A stretch of DNA of 63,999 bases, filler included, from Octopus bimaculoides (taxonomy: Eukaryota): NCBI RefSeq assembly GCF_001194135.2. It is 6 parts of 6 records of this genome, joined end to end, with 100 filler letters (N's around TTAATTAATTAA, not from the genome) between each part and the next. Parts side by side here need not be neighbours in the genome. Positions count along the whole stretch, not along the records: positions 47,509 to 52,459 come from NC_068991.1; positions 52,560 to 62,779 come from NC_069009.1; 4 more parts are not named here. The stretch is one strand, 5' to 3'. Position 1 is the stretch's first letter. Each line of letters opens with the position of its first letter. Positions 52,313 through 62,367 of the stretch are shown piece by piece. The notes beneath the pieces were generated by a model. That model was given only the letters and a program-made list of their open reading frames with translations. It did not search any database and was not told where the DNA came from. Made by a program: the position numbers and the translations under genes.

Positions 52313-52388
52313 GTCTCTGATGATGGAACGTCCAGTGCGTGAACATGCTAACCTACCAATTGGGTTATCCCAGAAACGGCTGTAAGAC
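52313..52388 (+). ncRNA. Type I hammerhead, long stem II
   Basis: GUCU-CUGAUGA-UGGA..UCCCA-GAAAC-GGCU-GUA/AGAC; core intact, 4-bp stem I. Confidence 0.7.
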
Positions 52389-53084
52389 TTCAAATTCATC
52401 TTACCATAATTAAATTATTCTAAATGACTCGATATACTCGTTCTGCGTTGGTTTTCGATNNNNNNNNNNNNNNNNNNNNNNNNNNNNNNNNNNNNNNNNN
52501 NNNTTAATTAATTAANNNNNNNNNNNNNNNNNNNNNNNNNNNNNNNNNNNNNNNNNNNNCCATGACTTTTTGTAGGACCCTAAATCATCATTTTAACCCT
52601 TTTTGTCAAATGTAATGCTTTTATAATCAAATTGTTTTGAATTAATCACGCAAAGACATTGTAGTATTGAAATTTTGAGGATGTGATTGCTTATTCTTAG
52701 AATGACATTGTAGGATAAGTGTGCAAAGCCAGATCTGGCCAGTTTGAACATAAAACAGGTAGAATATCTGGGCCGGATTATGGCTGGTTTAAATGCTTAA
52801 GGGTTTAATGTCCACTTTTCCATGCTTGCACGGGTGACATGCAATCTGTTGAGATGGATTTTTTTGTGTTGAGGTGCCCCTCCTGACACCAACCTTCACT
52901 CATTTCCAAGCGAGGTAATGTTTCCCCTCGAACCAGATGTGTTTTTGACAGAAGATTGAAAATGAAGGACACCACCTGTATGGCATTTGTTTCACATCAG
53001 ATTTGAACTCAGAGTGCAGAGCACTGGAACAAATACTGCAAGGCTTCTTATCCAAGTTAGTTGCCTTATCCTTCCTCCATCCTT

Positions 53085-53400
53085 TACTTGTTTCAGTGAT
53101 TAGACTAAGACCATGCTGGGGCACTGCCTTGAAGAATTTTTAGGCAAATGGACCAACCCAAGTCTCTTTTGCCAAACTTTCAAGTTACGAGGACATAAAC
53201 ACACCAACAAAGGTTGTCAAGTGGGGCTGGGAGACAAATAGACACACACACACACACAAACAGGCTTTTTGCAGTTCCCGTCTACCAAATCCATTCACAA
53301 TGCTTTGGTTGGCCTGTAGCTCAAGGTGCCATGCTGTAGGACTGAACCTGAACCATGGGGTTGAGAAGCAAACTTCTTACTACACAGCCACTCCAGCACC
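53085..53400 (-). mobile_element. SINE family A
   Basis: Homology to other A copies. Confidence 0.75.
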
Positions 53401-53491
53401 TTATGCAGAGAAAAGTTGAAGAGGAAAATAAAATTATGAGGAGGGAAGAAGTAGAGAACAAAGTCATGGAAAGGTTACAAAAGCTACTTAC

Positions 53492-53574
53492 TTGAACGTT
53501 TCCTTTTGTACCAAGCGTTCCAGATTCCAAAAGGGGTTTACAATAGTATACACAACGTCTGTCTATATACATTC
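53492..53574 (-). CDS. UBA1: UBA1 internal exon 9 of 9 in window (83 nt)
   Basis: (R)[27 protein letters not shown]; CAG acceptor, GTAAGT donor. Confidence 0.95.
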
Positions 53575-53927
53575 CTGCAATGACACACACAGATCACAGT
53601 TAGTTAGAAAGTGAGAAGTCAGCAACATTAACAAGGAAGCTTTGATACTAGAAATAGCAGCCAAATTTCTATCAAATCACATGCTGGCTTAACAAGGATA
53701 TATAGGATAATATGGTAGGATATATAGGATATAGAATAATATAAATCTGTTAATCCTTTTGATGCTAAACCACTTAAGACAGACCCCTGGTTTTATGATA
53801 CAAACTCAGATTTAAGTGATCCAAATTAAAACCTCACTTCAAAATTTAATGTTAATTTACTGTTCCAAATACCAGTTTCTTAATGGATTTGACTGCTATT
53901 TCTAGCATTTTGATTGACCATGTACAG

Positions 53928-54526
53928 CAGTGGTTCTCAACGGGGGTCCACGCAGCAAAATAGTAAGTTGGGGATCTACAGTAGTATTTAAAGGGTCCAA
54001 GAAGAAATTGCGTTTCAGCTAGGATTCTTTCTCTAATATTTTACATAGTTCAACCTGCACAAGTGAATTTGTGAAAAACGAAGTAGGAATGTTGAAAGTA
54101 TCTATCATCATCGTCTGCTTTCCATGCTAGCATGGGTTGGACGATTTGACTGAGGACAGGTGAACCAGGTGGCTACACCAGGCTCCAATCTGATTTGGCA
54201 GAGTTTCTACAGCTGGATGCCTTTCCTAACGCCAACCAATCCAAGAGTGTAGTGGGTGCTTTTACGTGCCACCGGCATGAAGGCCAGTCAGGTGGTACTG
54301 GCAACGGCCATGCTCAATATGGTGTATTTTACGTGCCACCTGCACAGGAGCTAGTCCAGCGGCACTGGCAACGATCTTGCTCGAATGTCTTTTCACATGC
54401 TGGTAACAATCACGCTCATCTATGAAATTAGTTTTTTTTCAAATACTGAATGACTTCAGGGGTCCACCAGAACAAACCAGTAATCAAAGGAGGTCCTCAG
54501 ATAAAAAAAATGGTTGAGATCTCCTG
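53928..54526. mobile_element. hAT-type MITE with a nested family E repeat (54107-54420)
   Basis: CAGTGGTTCTCAAC ... GTTGAGATCTCCTG termini; a related right end lies at about 56470-56552. Confidence 0.65.
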
Positions 54527-54636
54527 GTATAGAGGCTCCTTCACCAACTCGGCCAACGAAATAGGAAGTTGTAGGCCACCACAGGAACAAGGAGTCACAG
54601 TGAAATAAAAGGGGATAGGAGGGGCAAGGTACTTAC

Positions 54637-54802
54637 TTGCATCCACATTGTCCAGGGCATTGGTGACAGCATCGAGATTTTCAAAGAAGTCATCGGTATA
54701 GATGTTCTCAGTGTCTGGTCCGACACGGTTCTCGTGAGGAATTATATTGAGGGAAGGGTTCATGCTTTTGACAGAAGCAGCAGCGCAATGGGATTTCGAT
54801 TT
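54637..54802 (-). CDS. UBA1: UBA1 exon 8 of 9 (166 nt)
   Basis: [55 protein letters not shown]; CAG/GTAAGT. Confidence 0.96.
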
Positions 54803-54904
54803 CTGATGGCAGAGAAAAGATACACACATATTTATATGCTGATAAATATATAAAAATACAGACATAGATATTATGTATATACAGATAGATTGTTATCTTC
54901 AATC

Positions 54905-55190
54905 TGGTATTTATTCTATCAGTATCTTTTGCTGGCCCACTAAGTTACAAGGGCGTAAACAAACCATCACTAGTTGTCAAGCGGTAGTAGGGGAACTAAT
55001 ATACACACATGCACATACACAGCAAGCTTCTTTCAGTTTCCATCTACCAAATCCACTCACAAAGGTTTGGCCAGCTCAAAGCAATCGTAGAAGACACTAC
55101 TTGCCCAAGGTGCCACAAAAGTGGGACTGAACCCAGAACCATCTGGTTCGCAAGCAAGCTACTTACCACACAGCCACTCCTATATATACA
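54905..55190 (-). mobile_element. SINE family A
   Basis: Homology to other A copies. Confidence 0.8.
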
Positions 55191-55610
55191 CAAATCATCA
55201 TTTTACGTCCACTGCCCATGCTGGCATAGGTTGGACAGTTTGACCAGGGCTAGCAAGTTGGGAAGCTGTACCAGGTTCCAGTCTGATTTGGAATGGTTTC
55301 TCTACAGCTGGATGCTCTTCCTAATGCCAACCACTCCAAGAATGTAATGGGTGCCATTGTGTAACACCATTGTCTGCCACAACTACGATTTCACTTGGCT
55401 TGATGGATCTTCTCAAGCACAGCATAATGCCAAAGGCCTTGGTTATTTGTCATGCCTCCAGGAGGCGCAACACTCGAAAGGTGCTTTACATGTGCGTATG
55501 GAGGGAGTTGAGAAAAAGACAAGAAATAAGAGAGAAGAAGAGACAGTTAAACAGCATGTGAAGGAAATGGAGAGAGAGGAAGTGAACAAGAGAAAGAAAG
55601 AGTACTATAC

Positions 55611-55766
55611 CTGGACATCCCAGGGCCTAAAGAGGAACTGACGATTTAAATTGGACTTCTCAATAAGGTCCATGTCAGTGACCACCACACTGCCAGAACC
55701 TCCTGCTGCCAGACCCATCATGGACCAGTTCTTTAACATTTCACAGCCAATAGCACCGGCGCCAAC
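55611..55766 (-). CDS. UBA1: UBA1 exon 7 of 9 (156 nt), ATP-binding GxGxxG of the active adenylation domain
   Basis: [52 protein letters not shown]; CAG/GTATAG. Confidence 0.97.
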
Positions 55767-55844
55767 CTGAAATACAACAACATCTATAGTCACTAACGAT
55801 AACAGCCAAGCTTCTAAATATTTATGTATGTGTGAGTGTGTGTA

Positions 55845-56410
55845 TTCTTTTATTCTTTACTTGTTTCAATCATTCTGATTGTGGCCATGCCGGAGCACTG
55901 CCTTAAAGGGCTTTTAGTCAAAGCAATTGACCCCAAGTCTTATTATTTGTAAGCCTATTACACACACCAACATTGGTTGTCAAACGATGGTGGGAAGACA
56001 AACACAAACACACATTATATATATATATATGAAGAGCTTCTTTCAGTTTCCATCTACCAAATTCACTCAAGGCTTTGGTCAGCCTGAGGCTACAGTAGAG
56101 GCACTTGCCCAAGGTGCCATGCAGTGGGACTGAACCTGAAACCACGTAGTTGAGAAGCAAGCCTCTTACCAGACAGCCACGCTTACGATCATGAGCTCAC
56201 AACCTCATGATCGTAAGCTCGATGCTCTAACCACTGAGCCATGCGCCAAACATGCATATATATGTAATAACAATCTTTGTGTACCAAATCCACTCACAAA
56301 GCTTTGGTCAGCCTGAGGCTATTGTAGAAGACACCCAAGGTGCCACGCAGTGGGACTGAACCCAGAACCATGTTGTTGGGAGGCAAATTTCTTACCACCA
56401 CCCTACCTGC
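55845..56410 (-). mobile_element. Two SINE A copies with a SINE D head between them
   Basis: A at 55845-56180 and 56280-56410; D head at about 56190-56250. Confidence 0.8.
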
Positions 56411-56639
56411 ACCTAAACAATTTTTTGATGCAATTCTTAATATTTAATTATAAAAATAAGATTTTTTGAATCATCAAGTGGCTATGAGGTTCAAGTAGAT
56501 AAAACAGGAATCAAAGAGGTCTATAGGTAAAAAAAATGGTTGAGAAACACTGGCCGACAAGATCAGAACAGACCCGGGGCTATATAACAACAGGAGCTAA
56601 AAGAGACAGGACACAGTGGGTTCCTTTCATCAAACTTAC

Positions 56640-56720
56640 CAAGAAATACTTCAGGTCAGCAAGAGTTTTCTGAAAAGCATCACCAAACACCATTATTTGT
56701 CCATCATAACGACAGTTTTG
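56640..56720 (-). CDS. UBA1: UBA1 exon 6 of 9 (81 nt)
   Basis: QNCRYDGQIMVFGDAFQKTLADLKYFL; CAG/GTAAGT. Not in the ORF track. Confidence 0.95.
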
Positions 56721-57215
56721 CTGAAATGAAATAAAATGCAGAATGTAAGTATAGAAATGAGAACATTAAAGGGTGAACCCACAAAGTGAAGGGTGGGTAG
56801 GCACAGGTAGATAAACCAGTAATAGATACTATCTAGTCATAGGAATTGCTAGAAATAGCTAAAACTCATTCATGCCATCTTTAAAAAAAAAGGACAAGTC
56901 TTTTATGAGCCAGTAGCATTAGCCACAAACATGATTCAACTTAGCTTGAAGTGCCTTCTCAAGCAGAGCAAAATCACCAGAAGTCTCAGTCACTTGTCCT
57001 CACTTAAAAGGGATTATTAAGCGTACATTCGACAACGTAGTTACTGAAACACTCAACAAGAGTCCTGCTTGTTCATGAGGCATGAAGGGAAAATAAAATA
57101 AAAGATAGATAAACAAGACGATAAAGATGATAGACAGAAAGACAAAGATGAAAAGAGAGAGAGAAAGAGGAAGACAAAGAAAGTATTGAGAGGAGGAGAA
57201 GATTGTTATACTCAC

Positions 57216-57326
57216 AGCTTTACATGCTTCTTCAGTGAGATTATCTGAGGATCCCTTCCCTGTGAGACTTTCCAAGGAGTCGAAGTAGAGGTATTGGAAA
57301 ATTGGCATAAACTTGCCACTACATGC
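57216..57326 (-). CDS. UBA1: UBA1 exon 5 of 9 (111 nt)
   Basis: ACSGKFMPIFQYLYFDSLESLTGKGSSDNLTEEACKA; TAG/GTGAGT. Confidence 0.95.
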
Positions 57327-57465
57327 CTACAATAGACAGAAATTATATATACATATATATATATAATAATGTTAGGGATAAAAATTCAAATTTACAGGTA
57401 AAAACTCAAATTCAATTTATCAAAAGTTTAAATTAAATTAAGTTTCACAGTATAAAATATATAAA

Positions 57466-57736
57466 TATATAATTTTAGAAAAAAGAACCAAAGTTCATGA
57501 ACTCATCCATGAAAATCCATTCACATATAGAAAAATTAATAAGTAAATACACAATAAATAAGTATAATAAAAAACAAAGTAAAAACCATAAAATAATGAT
57601 AATTATTATCATTATTTTATGATTTTTACTTTGTACTATACTTATTTATCGTGTATTTACTTATTAATTTTTTCTATATGTGACTGGATTTTCATGGATG
57701 AGTTCATGAACTTTGGCTCTTTTCTCTAAAATATAT
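57466..57736. repeat. About 270-bp palindrome (135-bp arms, 1-nt loop) in a UBA1 intron
   Basis: Centre at 57604; arms differ by 6 substitutions and a few small indels. Confidence 0.9.
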
Positions 57737-57863
57737 GTATATATATATATATCATCTATATTTATAATATACAAAGTATAATATATAGATATAATATACA
57801 AGGTATACCTATAATATAACAAAGGAAAGAAATAGAAAATGGAATTCTTAAGATTCTTTACTA

Positions 57864-57980
57864 ATCACAACAATTGTTTCAGCCCCAACTTGCAATGATC
57901 CTTTGTGGGTAAGATATCTACAACTGGTTATGGTGCATCCTTCTGTGCAGATGCGTCTTGTTGGGTGCCTTTTCAAAAGC
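57864..57980 (-). ncRNA. Inactivated hammerhead remnant, long-stem-II family
   Basis: UUGAAAA (C3>U, G8>A), 9-bp stem II base GGCACCCAAC/GUUGGGGCU, GAAAC-AAUU-GUU. Confidence 0.45.
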
Positions 57981-58102
57981 TATCTTGTTTAATCATACAG
58001 CATGTCATTTGCCAGTAGGTGGTTGCCTGGCTTTGTAGTTTCGAATGGATATAAAATATATATGCAGCCGGTTCAAATGTAAAAGGGCTCAAACAGCATA
58101 AT

Positions 58103-58365
58103 CATCATCATCATCATCATCGTTTAACGACAGCTTTCCATGCTAGCATGGGTTGGACGATTTGATTGAGGACTGGCAAACCAGATGGCTGCACCAGGCT
58201 CCAATCTGATTTGGCAGAGTTTCTACAGCTGGATGCCCTTCCTAACGCCAACCACTCAGAGAGTGTAGTGGGTGCTTTTACGTGTCATCCGCACGAAGGC
58301 CAATTGGGTGGTACTGGCAACGGCCACGCTCAAAATGGTGCATTTTACATGCCACCCGCACAAGA
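58103..58365 (-). mobile_element. Family E SINE-like repeat with (GAT)n tail
   Basis: GTTGGCGTTAGGAAGGGCATCCAGCTGTAGAAAC; homologous to 54107-54420, 55195-55350 and 60670-61065. Confidence 0.8.
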
Positions 58366-58501
58366 GCATATTTGCGTATAAATTGCATACTTACAGAATC
58401 CAAACTCCTTTGAAGTGCAATACCAGGCCTCTGGAACTGACACCTGGTGGGACAAATAGTGTGTAAGCTTGATCGAAGAGGCTGTCCACCAAAAAACTCA
58501 C

Positions 58502-58672
58502 CTTCATAACTTCTTGGGCTGTTACTCCACCAATGAAAGCCTGGATCGGACATATATCGCCACGAGATTGGTATGAGAACTCTTTCAGCACAGTTTCATC
58601 CAGTTCTTCAACTGCGTTAGCAGAACCAGCATTTAGCTCTTTACAGATGGCAAGAAACTTTTCAGCATCTTC
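58502..58672 (-). CDS. UBA1: UBA1 exon 4 of 9 (171 nt)
   Basis: EDAEKFLAICKELNAGSANAVEELDETVLKEFSYQSRGDICPIQAFIGGVTAQEVMK; CAG/GTGAGT. Confidence 0.96.
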
Positions 58673-59264
58673 CTGTGGGAGACAAGAACAACAGGTTTAA
58701 CAACCACCATTCAGAGCAGTGGAGAAGACAGATTAATCATTTTGACAGCAATCCACCTGAGGTAATCTGGATTATCTCCAAACTTTCAGGCCTTATATTA
58801 CTAGGTCTTTACTTGTTGATACGCTGCCAGTAAAAATTTGCTAATCATGCATGTACCTTTTAAAAGTAGATTGAAATATTTTGAAAGTATCGTTAGCTTC
58901 TATGGTGACAACAATACCTATCTATCTATCTATCACACACTTGTTCAATGTATTTCTCTCTGTGACAATAACTTGTTCTTTGTTTTTTTTCTTCTTGAAA
59001 CAAATTTTAATTCTACCTTTCACACATTCTACACACTATCTCTTTCAACAACTTGTCATAGTGAGAGTCTTTTTTTTTTTAAGTCTGTATTGTGTTGTCT
59101 AGATGTTGAAAGATACAGAAACACATGCACAAACAACCAACCAAAAACAATTGTATTGTTATATGGTGAAAGTCATTTCACCTCTGCTTTCCTTCTCCCT
59201 AATAGATGTGACAGACAGACAGAGGTCGGTTTCTCTTTTATATGAGCTTTACATTATAAATGTA

Positions 59265-59654
59265 CCGTAAATCCGCACTTTTCCCCCCAAAATTTAAAGG
59301 TAAAAATTTCTAGTGCATACTATATACGAGGTTAAAAATGAAAAATATTTTCTAAGCAAAATTTTTTAAGTGATAAATAATGTGAAAGGCAATTTACTTA
59401 ATATTTATCTTTCACTGACATTATTACTGTTATTTCTTTACTTTCTGCAAACAAAGTGCACAAAAAAGGCTACACGTTTGCATTATGTTATATATACAAT
59501 AATAATAAAGGACCTTACCATATATACGTTTACAAACCAAGGACGTTATATAGACCTCCCTGACTCAAGTCAGTTTAGGTTTTTCAGAGGTACAGCCCCC
59601 TAAAAATCCCATGCATATTATACTTAAGGGCAGACTATACTCGAGGATTCATGG
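59265..59654. mobile_element. Tc1/pogo-type MITE
   Basis: TA|CCGTAAATCC ... CTCGAGGATTCATGG|TA. Confidence 0.6.
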
Positions 59655-59735
59655 TAGTTCCACAGAATTTGTAAGGCTAGAAAGTGCAACCAAAATCTCC
59701 GCGGTGGGATGTTTTGAAGGAACACCAAGACTTAC

Positions 59736-59882
59736 CTCATTCCTGGGTTTGGGTAAAGAACTATGGGTTTTCACAAATTCATCCAGGGCTTGGAAGGCCA
59801 AATGTAAAAGAGGAGGGCGATCAAATTTGGCAAAATCAGTCACAACATATTCAGGGTTTGCAATGGCTTCTCTCAAGGGTTT
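59736..59882 (-). CDS. UBA1: UBA1 exon 3 of 9 (147 nt)
   Basis: [49 protein letters not shown]; CAG/GTAAGT. Confidence 0.96.
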
Positions 59883-59954
59883 CTGTGAAAAACAAAAGGA
59901 GTAAATAAAAAAAAAAAGTTCAGAAGATTTTTTTTATTGTTTCAACATATTGCG

Positions 59955-60335
59955 CAGGTGTGGCTGCATGGTAAGATGCTTGCTTCCAAACCACATGGTT
60001 CCAGGTTCAGTCCCACTGCATGGCGCCTTGGGCAGACAAAAGCCTTGTGAGTGGATTTGGTAGACAGAAACTGAAAGAAGCCTGTCGTATATAATGTATA
60101 AGCATATATTTACATGTGTCTTTGCGTTTGTCCGCCCCACCATTGCTCGACACCGATGTTGGTGTGTTTACGTCCCCCCCCCCGTAACTTAGTGGTCTGG
60201 CAAATGAGACCAATAGATTAATGACCAGGCTTACAAAGAATAATGCTGGAGTTTATTTTTAAGACTTAAAAAAAACCCTTCAAGGTGGTGCTCCAGCATG
60301 GCCACAGTCAACTGACTGAAACAAGTAAAAGAGTA
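59955..60335 (+). mobile_element. SINE family A, opposite orientation to the A copies in downstream UBA1 introns
   Basis: A head to tail on the plus strand. Confidence 0.85.
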
Positions 60336-60669
60336 GGAAAGAAAAAAGAAAGAAAGTCCTAGTCTAATGACAAACAGGTAAAAGATTGCATGGAAGGGCA
60401 GTGCCCATGGTTGTCTCAGCAGATTGGTGGGGAATGGTGAAGAGTCTTGGTATGAAGGCCCAAATGAATTGCCATTGAAAGGTATCCAAGGACAAATAAC
60501 GACAGAAGTGGCAGTTAATCCTATGACTAGGTTGAGCACCAAAAAGTCAAGGTGGTGGCATTAACCATTTAGTATTCAGATTAACCTTTCAAATGTAATT
60601 TTTTTTATTTATTCACACCATTGCCATGTTAAATGCACCTGTACTGGTGTCACATAAAAAACACTGGTG

Positions 60670-61065
60670 ATCATCATCATCATCCTCCTCATCGTTTAAC
60701 GTCCGCTTTCCATGCTAGCATGTGTTGGACGATTTGACTGAGGACTGGTGAAACCAGATGGCAATACCAGGCTCCAACCTAATTTGGCAGAGTTTCTACA
60801 GCTGGATGCCCTTCCTAACGCCAACCACTCAGAGAGTGTAAGGTGATGGCTTCACATAAAAAGGCACCTGTGCTGGTGCCAGATGAAAAGGCACCTGTGC
60901 CAGCACCATGTAAAAAGCACCCAGTATACTCCGTAAAGTGGTTGGCATTAGAAAGGGCATCCAGCTGTAGAAACCAAGCTGAATCAGACTGGAACCTGAT
61001 GCAGCTCCACAACTCAAGCTAAACTGTTCAACCCATGCCAGCATGGAGGACAGACGGTAAATGAG
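60670..61065. repeat. Two family E copies in inverted orientation
   Basis: 60684-60840 is complementary to 60925-61065. Confidence 0.8.
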
Positions 61066-61219
61066 GACAATAGGAGCAGACAAAGAGCATGTCACCAGAC
61101 AGAGGACCAATTATCTCAACATGCTGCAAACCAGAACTTTCACTCCCCGGTCTCGGGGATCCAGCATTAAAAAAAAAAAAAAAAGATCAACTAATAAAAA
61201 TATAAATCAGAATACTTAC

Positions 61220-61317
61220 AAAATCTAACTTTTTTGGCATTTTTACTTTCTTCACAATCCCTCCACAGTTATATTGAGGATTGGCTGAGGTGTCTCCAAT
61301 ACTGAATGTGTACGGTC
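61220..61317 (-). CDS. UBA1: UBA1 exon 2 of 9 (98 nt)
   Basis: (G)PYTFSIGDTSANPQYNCGGIVKKVKMPKKLDF; CAG/GTAAGT. Confidence 0.95.
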
Positions 61318-61853
61318 CTGAAATTTGGCGGCGGGGAGGGGAGGAAAAAGAAGAAAAACAATAAAAATAATACAAAGACAAAAATAAAATATCTTCTTAT
61401 CATCCACTTTTCCATGTTTAGATGCATGCGATAGAGTTATCAAGGCAGGTTTTCTATGGTCAGAAGCCCTTCAAGTCACTGACCATCTGTTTTCCATGTA
61501 AGGTAACATGTCTCAATTAGTAAGAGGGGTTCTTGTAAAATTTGTAATTTTTAAGTGATCTCAGAAGAGATCACTGGTAGGTAATGGGTTAATATAATAA
61601 TCCTTTCTATTATAAGCACAAAGCCTGAAATTTGGTAGGAGGGTCTAGTTGATTACATCAACCCCATTGTTTCACTGGTGATTAACTTATTGATCCTGAA
61701 AGGATGAAAGGCAAAGTTGACCCCAACAAAATTTGAACTCTGAATGCAGCACAGGGGCAAAATGCTGAGCATCATTTCATCTAGCGTGCTAATGATTCTG
61801 CGAGCATGCTTTAATAATAATAAATAATAATAATAATGAAGTTAGCTACTCAC

Positions 61854-61986
61854 CCAGAACCTTTATTTTGATTGGATCTGAAGTATTGAGATTTGTCATT
61901 CCTTGAACTTCGTTAAACGATACATAATCACCATCTTCATAACCATGTCTTGCTTCGTCTAAACATGTGACAATACCTTCAGAGTC
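61854..61986 (-). CDS. UBA1: UBA1 exon 1 of 9 in window (133 nt), first catalytic cysteine half-domain region
   Basis: [44 protein letters not shown]; CAG/GTGAGT. Not in the ORF track. Confidence 0.96.
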
Positions 61987-62007
61987 CTGCAACAACAACA
62001 ACATTAA

Positions 62008-62367
62008 TAATAAGAAATGGAAAAACTTTCAAAATACAAAGACCTGGAAATAGAGGTAACCCGAATGTGGAGTCTAAAAACAGAAACAATTCCTACCATA
62101 GTAGGTGCCTTAGGTATAATAAAACAATATTCAGACAAATACATAACAAAAACACCAGGACTTACAAATATATGTAACATACAGAAAATTGCACTACTGG
62201 GCAGCACTGCACACATCCTACGCAAAACACTTTCAATACAGTAAACATAAGAGCACCACAGCAAACCACAGCACATACCCAAGGCACACAGAGCTGCGCT
62301 CGGTAGTGAAGTGAAAGCACGCTATAAAAATAAAACTACTGAACAATAATAATAATAATAATAATAA
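62008..62367 (+). mobile_element. 5'-truncated R4/Dong-like LINE: end of the RLE endonuclease domain, 3' UTR and (AAT)n tail
   Basis: [49 protein letters not shown]; TAA repeats on both sides. Confidence 0.85.

Larger units (their letters stand above)
51413..52460. mobile_element. Fold-back PLE-derived element: about 280-bp inverted arms, each with a hammerhead; right arm interrupted by SINE A (51937-52305)
   Basis: 51413-51690 is the reverse complement of 51812-51936 plus 52306-52460; spacer about 120 bp. Confidence 0.8.

Noticed and set aside
54107-61065. C/D box snoRNAs in UBA1 introns
   Set aside because: TGATGA hits come from (GAT)n SINE tails; no properly spaced D box with terminal stem seen.
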